DNA of 64,000 bases, taken from contig NC_043004.1 in assembly GCF_006345805.1 (NCBI RefSeq), positions 88,660,001 through 88,724,000 on the forward strand, written 5' to 3'. The position numbers and the translations under genes were made by a program. Within the stretch, counting starts at the first letter, position 1, and the number at the start of each line of letters is the position of its first letter. This DNA is from Octopus sinensis. Taxonomy: Eukaryota. The notes under the pieces were generated by a model, which had not been told where the DNA came from, did no database searches, and was given only the letters and a program-made list of their open reading frames with translations. Positions 53,680 to 64,000 of the stretch are shown in pieces.

Positions 53680-54300
53680 GGCGGCGAGCTGGCAGAAACG
53701 TTAGGACACCGGGCGAAATTCTTAGCGGTATTTCGTCTGCCTTTACGTTCTGAGTTCAAATTCCGCCGAGGTCGACTTTACCTTTCATCATTTCGGGGTC
53801 AGTAAATTAAGTACCAGTTACGCACTGGGGTCGATGTAATCGACTTAATCCTTTTGTACGTCCTTGTTTGTCCCCTCTATGTTTAGTCCCTTGTGGGCAA
53901 TAAAGAAATAAGAAACATTATTTAGTCAAGCAATTTGGGACAAGAGGGAAAAGAATGGCGCAATCAAGACAAAACTGGAAGCACATAGTAATCAGCGGTG
54001 TATAACAGCATCTGATGGTTTGGCCAATACTGTGATAGTGTGATATGCATTTACAACTCTAAAACATGGCCTGAAGTAATAATTCTTTCTTTCTGCTTTA
54101 GGCACAAGGCCTGAAGATTTTTGTAGGGTGGGAGAGATAAATAGTCGATTGCATCGACCCTAGTATTCAACTGGTACTTATTTTATCAACCCTGAAAGGA
54201 TGAAAAATAAAGTCGACCTTAGCGGAATTTGAACTCAGAACGTAAAGGTAGACGAAATGCCGCATTTCGTTCTGTCAACTAGCAATTCTGTCATCTCGCA
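53680..54300. mobile_element. SINE family A copies (+ at 53680-53915, - at ~54100-54300)
   Basis: Head ggcggcgagctggcagaaacgttagg on +, and the reverse-complement core further downstream. Confidence 0.75.
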
Positions 54301-55262
54301 ACCTTGCAATCATTAGTGATTATAAACAGGATCTATATTTGTGTTGGACTGAATATGTATCAGGAGCCTATATTCTGGGTGTTCTAGGTGTGCGCTGCAT
54401 ACACGCCAATGAGGAAAAATTCATCATAATATAATCATAGATCAATGGGAAGGAAAACTAATTTCTCTCGTCCCCTGGCATGAAATATTGAGGCAGATAT
54501 TCTGAGATAGCATTGCACACTCCACAGTTGATTATAGCCTGTAATGATCCTCGGCAGATGGTAAAACAATGTGAGAATGAGAGAAATAAGGACTGAAGAT
54601 GATTGATGTTCCACCACCCTGTGTTCGATAAGTTATATGTACGAATTCATTGAATATTCATTAGCTAAAACCAATTTCCTTTATAATAATTCCGTTCTTG
54701 CAACATTCATGATATAATCTTGACGTGATGTGTTTTCAAATTAGGTCTGTTTTGAAATCTAATAAAGGTTTGTAATTTAGGAACAACGCTCGGAATGTTT
54801 GAGTGGAGTGGGGTTGTTGATTACATCGACTCAAGTACTTTGCTAGCATTCTGCTCTATCGACCTCGGAGAGAGAAAACTGACAAATTTGGATTCGGTGA
54901 GATTTGAGCTCTGACCGGTAAAAAGTCATGCGGGATTTGTTCCGATCTTCTATTAATTCTGCCAATCCATTAGCTGTCTTGGCCAGTATTCTAGTCTATT
55001 GACCCCAGAAGTTACGAACAACAAGATTGGATTCGGCGAGATTTGAATTCAATACGTTAAAGAGCCGGAAGAAATACAGCATGGCATTTTGTTCGACTCT
55101 CCATCAATTCTACCAATCCACTCCCCATTTCAAATATAACACAAACCCAGAAGCAAAGATTTATTTTGCTTAATACTAATGTCAAAGTAGTAAGCTCTCC
55201 ACGGTAGCACGATTCTCACACTGTCATAATAAACCTTCAAATGACACTGGTATATATCAATG

Positions 55263-55646
55263 TATCCTCCGTGTGAAAAGTCTGGCTGCATCCGAAAAAA
55301 TATATATTATGAAACAAAAATAAACACAAAATTTATTACACGAATCTGTTACCACTACGACAGTCAACTATTTGACGCCGAACACGAGTTTGATGTTGAA
55401 TACATCCACGAATTTTCCGCTCAGATAGCTCTTCCCAAGACGGTTCCGTGCAATTCAAGCCTCGTTGTAGGGTTTTTCAGTTCAACTTTATCGGCCAAAA
55501 CTAAAGTTAATAATTGATTCTGCTAATTCCACGTGTAAACATGTGTTGAATAGAACTCACAAAATAAATCTTAATTAACTGTGTTGTCAATTGTATGCAC
55601 CTGACATATGCTAACGTGTATGCAGCCAGACTTTTCACAGTGGATA
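55263..55646. mobile_element. MITE / non-autonomous Tc1-mariner-like element (~380 bp)
   Basis: Perfect 20-bp inverted core TGTGAAAAGTCTGGCTGCAT (55272-55291) / ATGCAGCCAGACTTTTCACA (55620-55639), with TATCC..GGATA termini. Confidence 0.7.
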
Positions 55647-56184
55647 TTTATTTTTCGTGAGCTCCAAAACTAATAAAGCCTGGTTGCCCTGTTTCCATGG
55701 TGTTTAAGTGACAGAGGTTACATTTCCCCTGAACGGGACGCCGGTCTGTTGCAGGGTTTAAGGTCAGTAATTTTTTAGAGTTGGGGTGAGGGGGGGGGGG
55801 AAGAAGTAGATTACATTGATCCCCAATATTTCACTGGTACTTTATTTAATCGAACCCGAAAGAGAGAAAGGCAAATTTGGCCTCGGCGGAACTTGAATTC
55901 AGTACGTGAAAGACCGGAAGAAATGCCTCTAAGAACTTTGCCCATCGTGCTAGCAATCATATTAAAGATTTCAAATTTAGACACAAGGCCAGCAAGTTTA
56001 GGGAGGGAGTAAGTCGATTACATCGACCCCAGTGTTCAACTGGTACTTATTTTATCGACCCCGAAAGGATGAAAGGTAAAGTCAACCTCAGCGGAATTTG
56101 AACTCCAAATGTAAAGACGGACTAAATGTCGCTAAGTATTTTTCTCGGTGCGCTCGCCGCTTTAATGATCATATTAATAAATAC

Positions 56185-56586
56185 TCTTTTATTCTTTTAC
56201 TTGTTTCAGTCATTTGACTGCGGCTATGCTGGAGCACTGCCTTTTAGTCGAGCAAATTGACCCCAGTACTTATTCTTTGTAAACCTGGTACTTATTCTGT
56301 CGGTCGCTTTTTGTCGAACCGCTAAGTTACGGGTACGTAAACACACCAGCATTGGTTGTCAATCGATGTTGGGGGACAAACACACAAAGATATACACACA
56401 TACACACACATACATATATATATTCGACTGGCTTCTTTCAGTTTCTGTCTACCATATCCACTCACAAGGCTTTGGTCGGAGCGAGGGTATAGTAGAAGAC
56501 ACTTGCCCAAGGTACTACGCAGTGGGACTGAACCCGGAACCATGCGGTTGGTAAGCAAGCTACTTACCACACAACCACTCTTGCGC
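56185..56586 (-). mobile_element. tRNA-derived CORE-type SINE (family B, octopus OR-like), near full length
   Basis: The minus strand reads a tRNA head (gtggtaagtagcttgcttaccaaccgcatggttccgggttcagtcccact), a CORE-like cttgggcaagtgtctt segment, an internal (TA)/(TG) microsatellite, and a 3' tail ggcagtgctccagcatagccgcagtcaaatgactgaaacaagtaaaagaa. Other copies are at ~11040-11420(-), 14005-14275(-), 14505-14880(-), 22350-22650(-) and 37770-38165(-). Confidence 0.8.
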
Positions 56587-58135
56587 GATAAAACATTACA
56601 TCAACTCTGCTAAAATTCGAACCAGTGGGTGCAAATTCACAATCCTAGATAGAAAGACATTTTAACATCAAACCAGTTTCGTTGCATGTGTTCTGAAGCG
56701 AGCCATCACGAAACACACTCGATCATTATAAAACATTTTACTCTGTTTGGCTATCTGACTTTTATCACCTCATCCCTCTCTCCTCCCCTCGGATTTGTTT
56801 CGTGATTTCTATATAATTGTTCTTGTGCTTAGACAAGCATTTCGATTTCTGTCAAACAACAATTAAACTATAAACAGTGAATATTGGAAATTGGTAACTG
56901 TAAAATGTGCTGATGCAGGCGATTCCCCATAGTTCATTATTAATTTAGAGGAAATATTCAAACAAACCGATACCAATCAGATTTTAGATATTCATGACCC
57001 AACGTTACTGTTATTTTAATCATATTTATATTTTATATGTTATGCTTTTTTAATCGAATACCAAAATTATAGATATATTGAACAGTATATTTTTTTTTAA
57101 TTTCATGTTTTTTTTGTTTGTTTTTTTTTGTGTGGGTGGGGAATAAAGCAATTTAGTGAAAAACAAGTTCTGTCGCTTAAAAATTTGGTGAACAAAGAAA
57201 GGTTCTAAAAATAGGGGGGAAATTACAGATCAGAGGCATGGCTGGTGTTCATTAATCACTTTTGTATTGCAATAACGAAACAGGTCATGGTCACGTGGTT
57301 CTGAAGTTCCATTCGCAACCACGTGGTCTTGTGTTCCGTCCCACTTCAGGGAACCTTCGGCAAGTGTCTCCAATTATACGTCTAACTAGTAGTAGTAGTG
57401 GTAATAGTGGTATGGGGGCATGCGCTGGAACAATGCATCCCTGCATCAACCATTTGTTGGCAATTCCCTACTCCTTTGCGCCACTCAGGCGACACCTTTG
57501 CACTACATAGGCAACAACCTCCCACCACCAACTTGTGGATCTGTTTGAGTAGTCGTTACTGGTGAGGGTTTCACCAGGTCGGACTGCATATCCTAATTCA
57601 ACTTCTTATAATCGCATTTTATGACACACAGAGAAACAACTGGTTTCCCTTATAGAGTCATTATAGCCGAATATGTATATTTTCAGTTGTTTTTTGTTAT
57701 AATTCCGAATCCTAGAATCATTATTACAATAACAAGCTAAAAATTCTAGATTTTCGGAACGGCATTTCTAGATTAACTACACTAGGCATTCATACTAAAA
57801 CCTGAGACAGTGAGCTGGCAAAATCGTTAGCACACCGGGAAAAACGCCTAGCAGCATTTCGTCCGTCTTTACATTCTGAGTTCAAATTTCGCAGATGTCG
57901 ACTTTGAATGAATTTGTATGTATGTTTACATTTAGAGTGTAAATGTAGAAGCATTGTCAAATATGTACATAGTACATAAAGGGGGGTATCTCGAAGCGAA
58001 TACAGCTATAAGCTATAGCAGTAAAGTAACCTGCCGTCTCCCTTCCATCACATTCGTTGCTTTTACTCTCACAAGAAAATGTTTGTGTTCAGAATATAAA
58101 TGTAGGAGCATAGATGAATATAGCTACAAATTACA

Positions 58136-58216
<81 letters not shown>

Positions 58217-58219
<3 letters not shown>

Positions 58220-58354
58220 AACAGATGAGATTCAGAGACTCTCAATGCAGAAAACACGTAGTATATATATATAATAATTATCTGAGAGAATATTAACCCA
58301 ACGTACAGGGGAAAAAATTCAATTTAGAAATACTAAATCAAATTTCACACAATA

Positions 58355-58394
<40 letters not shown>

Positions 58395-58734
58395 TATATA
58401 TAAAATTAGAAAAAAACACCTTTTATCAATTCAAAATGAACAATTGGATTACACCATCTAGAAAATTACATATAATAGAAATATAAAAATTAAAAAACCA
58501 ATAAAATACCAATGATTAAGTAAATTGCAAAAACTAATAAAAACGTATATAATTGGTATTATATTATTTTTAGTATTTTTTTGCAATTTTTTGCATTGGT
58601 ATTTTATTGTTATTTTAATTTTAATATTTCTATTATATATAATTTTCTAGATGGTGTAATTTAATTGCTCATTTTGAATTGATAAAAGGTGATTTATTTT
58701 CTAATTTTATATATATATATATTATATATATATA

Positions 58735-58780
<46 letters not shown>

Positions 58781-58979
58781 ATATTATATTATATTATATT
58801 ATATATTATATATATATATATATATATAATATATATATATAGTCAACAGATGAGATTCAGAGACTCTCAATGCAGAAAACACGTAGTATATATATATAAT
58901 AATTATCTGAGAGAATATTAACCCAACGTACAGGGGAAAAAATTCAATTTAGAAATACTAAATCAAATTTCACACAATA

Positions 58980-59028
<49 letters not shown>

Positions 59029-59350
59029 TATATATATATATAAAATTAGAAAAAAACACCTTTTATCAATTCAAAATGAACAATTGGATTACACCATCTA
59101 GAAAATTACATATAATAGAATATAAAAATTAAAAAACCAATAAAATACCAATGATTAAGTAAATTGCAAAAACTAATAAAAACGTATATAATTGGTATTA
59201 TATTATTTTTAGTATTTTTTTGCAATTTTTTGCATTGGTATTTTATTGTTATTTTAATTTTAATATTTCTATTATATATAATTTTCTAGATGGTGTAATT
59301 TAATTGCTCATTTTGAATTGATAAAAGGTGATTTATTTTCTAATTTTATA
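58217..59350. repeat. Near-identical ~625-bp tandem duplication, each unit containing a ~308-bp fold-back embedded in (TA)n
   Basis: Units start gtcaacagatgagattcag at 58217 and 58842. Fold-backs lie at 58401-58709 and 59041-59348, with ~135-bp imperfect inverted arms. Confidence 0.85.
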
Positions 59351-62300
59351 TATATATATAGATATATATATATATATATAATATATATATATAATATATA
59401 TATATATATTATATTATATATTATATTATATTATATTATATTATATTATATATTATATTATATATATATATATATTACATTATATTATATTATATATATA
59501 TCTATGTGTGTGTGTGTGGTGTGTGTGTGTGTAGATAGACATAGAAAATGAATGATGACATATAACTTGCTCGCCATTTTCTGCTATCAAATTCCTATCA
59601 CAACTTAATCTACATGAATCAATAGTATAGAACACTCTTAGCAAAGTATCGCGTACTGGGACCGAATTTAAAACCGGATTGACGTGAAGCGAACTTTTTA
59701 TCCATACAGTCATGCCTGCTCCTATATCATGCACACTTATGTATTTGATTTTCTACCAGATCTTTTTTAATTAAATTAGAGAAAAAAAATTCTGCATTCT
59801 ATACAGAAAACATGGACGACCTTATAATTGTGTTTGCGAAATTGCATTTGTGTAATAAAATACAAAAACATTAGAAATTAACTTAAGTCAGAAAATGGAG
59901 GTTTTTATTTGTCTGAACATGTATTTTTTATTTCGTTTTTAAACATTAAGTAGATTTGTAACAATTTTAATTTAGTTGTTTAAATGCCAAATATTTACTA
60001 TACTATATATTTTAATAACTTACAATACGGACACAATGACAGCAATTTTTCTTAAATAATCAAGTGATTCCTTGAGTGCAGTTATGTCTTCAAGCATCAA
60101 AACCGTGTATGTATGTATTAATATATCTGCATATATCTGTGTGTGGGTTTGTAAATATGTATATGTGTGTGCATCTATATTAACGAACCAACCGAGAATT
60201 GAAAATATAAACGAAGTGCTGTGAGTGACTTGGCAGAACAATTAATTGAAATTTTGAAATGATGTCCTTTGGCTTGCCTGAAAGCGCTAAAATCTCTCTC
60301 TTTCTCTTTCTCTCTCCTTTCTCTTTCCTCCTTCTTCTCTCACTCTCTTTCCCCCTCTCACTCTCACTCTCTTTCTCTCTCTCTCTCTCAAAAGAAATTT
60401 TTCAATCATCGCCAAGTACAGGAAATTATCTTACGACATTCTATCTTTTATTGTCATCGTAGTTGCTAACAGGTATCAGCAGTGGATGTCTTAAGGTCCC
60501 CCATTGAAGCATTACAGACGCATTTCCCTCCATATTCTAGAGAAAGAATTGGAAAGGAAATTAAAAGCTGCCATTATTATGTTTCCGTATCAAGCTCCAT
60601 TCTATATTAACACTGAAGTATTTAAAGTAAAGGTGGTGGGTGCTGTTTATTTTCGTTCATATTTTTGTTTCTTCGCCCTTTGCCTGTTGCCATAGCAATA
60701 GCAAATTCTATTTACAGAGTATTGAGAGAGAGTCAGCCATTTCTTCTAACCCTCACCACCTTCCCCAGCTTATTCTTCCTACAAGTCAGAGACGGCAAAT
60801 ATTCTTCACGGAAAATGGAAGTTATTTTTCTAAATGATGAATGATTCCAATTTTAATCATGTTATACGAAGAACTATGATATTTACAGACCATCGAAATA
60901 TTATCTATTTCGTATTTTTAATGATAAATTAACTGCAAAAAAGACTGACATATTAGAAAGAAATGCTGAATAGAAATGTCAGGAAAGACGCTTAATAAAA
61001 ATATCTGAGTATTGAATTTTGTGCTTATTCTATTGAGACAGAATCCGAGCATATCTTTCAGCTACCTTAATCCGGCATATATCATAAGAATACAAAATTT
61101 AAAGGCTAAGTCGATAAAATGTCGGGTTTTCGGGTCAAGGATCGCGAGTTCACTGAATATAAAATATGAACTAAAATCACCCCCATCCCTTAGCTTCTAA
61201 ACACACATACACGTTATCTATTAAACCCCTTAGCTATTAAATCCGATACCTATTCTATTAGTAGACGTACTTGCAATCATATTAATATTGCCAGCTTTTA
61301 TATGTTTGGTTTATAACCAGCACTTTGAAAGAGGAGGACAGAGAGGGAGAGAGAGGTGGGGAGACAATGATAAAAGGATTTATGAGTTGGTGCTTTGAGT
61401 TCATAACAAGAATCCATAGAATACGTCTTTCTCTGTTCGTATTCTGTTGTACGGTGATTTAGTGAAGCCACTTAACTCTACTTTACTGGAATTTAAGCAG
61501 CAATTCATGATAAGTGCTGCTTCTACAGAGTAACGCCTTAGTAAGATGTCCTGTGCGCTGGAGTCCTTTCCAATCGATGGGCATTGTTTAACAGGTTCTA
61601 CTCAAATGTCTAACACCACTTTTGTTTCTGCTACAGAATAATTCACACAAGTATAACTACCAACAAGATTAGTTTCTATTTAGTACAAATAACGATCGCG
61701 TCGACGGTCTTTATAATGCAATGGTAACTTGTGGCATTCGGGTCGCATGAGGCCCTTTTCGATATTCTTGCATGGCACACGAAATATAATTATTATATAA
61801 TCTATTACTAAACTTCTGTAACACAATCTTCTCATCCGTTGCTCTATCTCCCTTCTCACTTCTCCACCCTCTCTTTCTCCCTCTCTCTCTCTCTCATTCA
61901 TACATTCATTCACGCATCCCCTCAACTGTATAATTCTTAACGATTTACTTAATGTGATATATAGCGTGCAGTAGGCAACGAGCCGGTAGAATCGTTAGCA
62001 TGCCGGGCAAAATGCTTAGCGGTATTTCGTCCGACTCTACGATGTGTGTTCAAATTCCACCGGCGTCCACTTTCTTTCGGGGTCGATAAAATAAGCAGTG
62101 ATGTCGATGTCGACTTACCCTCCCCATCAAATTACTGACCTTGTGCCACAATTTGAAACCAATATATAGTATACAGTGTAATTACAATGCTAAATAATTC
62201 TTTTGGTGGCGTGGCTCCATTTATAAGCAGCAAAATCTCATAAGGTCTGACATTGCTTGTTCCTTCTCGAGCCACGCCTGGCTCATAAGGGCCGGTTTTC

Positions 62301-62599
62301 CGGTTTCCTTGGCGTATAGGTTCCCCACCTGGACGGGACGCCGGTCCGTCGAACCCGCGATCTCTCGACTGCGAGTCCGCTGCTCTAACCACTACGCCAT
62401 GTACCTCCACACAAGACCTGACATTAGTAACAGGAAAACCCATATTCATTCTATATAAATTTAACATATTCCTATCGTACATTAACCTTTTATATCCAAT
62501 CTAAGAATTGCCAAAGCATGGTTCAAAAAAGTGAGTGCCATTGCCTTATCAGTGTGGCAGGATTAAGAGGACACAGAAAGTATTATAAGCAGAATAACT

Positions 62600-62850
62600 T
62601 TTTGCATACACACCCCCACTGATATCCACATGATACTCCATCTTTCCTCTAGTAGGTATTCTTAATGTATCTCACTCCTCAGATAGCATTTACCATTTTA
62701 CCCAGCCATTTCTCTTAGAGCAGCAACCATTTGGAATCCCTTCCCTCCATACGTTTTCATGCAGTTGGCTGTTAACGAAGATTCTAGGTCAACGTTACCC
62801 ACGTTGATCTCAATCCAGTCTCGGACGGCGAACCAATCCATCATTGAGAC
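62600..62850 (+). mobile_element. Possible L2/Crack-like LINE 3' fragment
   Basis: Frame IWNPFPPYVF preceded by a degenerate 'SF..R..T' segment, resembling the LINE C-terminal 'LWNSLP..VF' motif. Confidence 0.35.
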
Positions 62851-64000
62851 TCTTCATCTGACTAATTAGTAAAATCAATATCAGAGGTGTACTTGCTCGG
62901 CAAATGATTTCATCTGAGACTGTGTTGAAACTGAAGCAATGATAGTGTGGAAGATAAGTATTAGTCATTAAAAAAACATGCAAAAACTATTAACTTCACT
63001 TAAACATCAGTATCAAAATTTATGAAAAATATACATTTTATACCCTGTAACCAGTATATACTGGTCTCCAGCCTTTTCTCAAAATTTTCGCCGTACTATC
63101 TGCGACGTGATCACTACCACAGTGGAACTGTTGCACTGATCAGGTTGCAGATAGTGCTACAAAAATTTTGAGACTAAATAATGTTTAAATGAAGTTCAGA
63201 GTTTTATGTTTTTGAATAGTTAATATACGTCTGCCAGTCAGTAATTTCTAGTACAGTAAAGTCGAACACCTAAAGATATTGTGTCGAATCTTTGACTTAA
63301 CAAGTCGTAACCAAGATCTCTCCATCGCTATTAATGTGATAACTATGAAATGATAGAACGGTATTATTATAATGTGGTAATACAACTTATGTCGAAAGAA
63401 AATCGACAACTGGTTATTGAACATAGAGGTTTAAAAGTGATATGAAGTGACTTTGCAGTCAACTTTGAGATCGATTCGACAGATGAGTGAATGGACAATG
63501 AATGGGTTTATACTAAATAACTTAAATATTTCATCAAAGATTGCTTTGTGAACGACTATTATGAATGACACGGCTAAAAGATTAAATCAGCCTGTCAAAT
63601 TCATCAATTTTATTGAATTAATTAATCTTTTTTATCTTTTATTATTTGTCACGAGAGTTCAGAGAAAAATATTTGGGGACAAAACTACAGTAGATGTAGT
63701 TGTAATGTAAAAGTAATTTAGAAAAAATCTTTGATTAAAGAAAAGGTAATTATTTCTTTGACTTCAGTGGTGAAAGTTACAGTCAACACCAGCAGGATTT
63801 GAAAGAGAACAAGATAGACAGATAATATGAAATATTGATTTTAAATTTGGACACAAGGCCAGCAATCTTCGGGAGGGGTTAAGTCGATTACATCGATTCC
63901 GGTGTTCCACTGGTAGTTATTTTAACGACTCCGAGAGTCTTGGGCGAGTGTTTTTGTTTTTTTTTTGTGGGGGAGCTTTTATTACCACTGCTGTAGGTTA

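Overview
AT-rich, microsatellite-dense animal genomic DNA. The repeat families look like those of octopus/coleoid cephalopods; this is an inference from recalled repeat sequences, not a database result. Almost all ORF-track entries are artefacts of (TA)n/(CA)n/(GATA)n repeats or decayed transposons. I can support only one host coding exon: a 68-bp + strand exon at 45731-45798 ([23 protein letters not shown]) with canonical AG/GT ends. It matches the conserved 68-bp N-terminal exon of GABA-A/Cys-loop anion-channel subunits (Grd/CG8916-like), so much of the window is probably very large introns of that gene. The remainder is a nested transposon landscape: at least four tRNA-derived SINE families (one with an internal ~187-bp tandem array), a Chapaev3-type DNA transposon with TIRs and TAA TSD, an internally deleted Tc1/mariner, several MITEs, and CR1-, RTE-, R4/Dong- and Tx1-like LINE fragments. 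There are also Penelope-like termini carrying hammerhead-ribozyme motifs. The most unusual object is at 52407-52803: a tRNA-like Pol III head joined to a hammerhead-bearing tail, with an inverted copy of that tail in front. The hammerhead motifs in the window are core-disrupted on the gene's sense strand but largely intact on the antisense strand.
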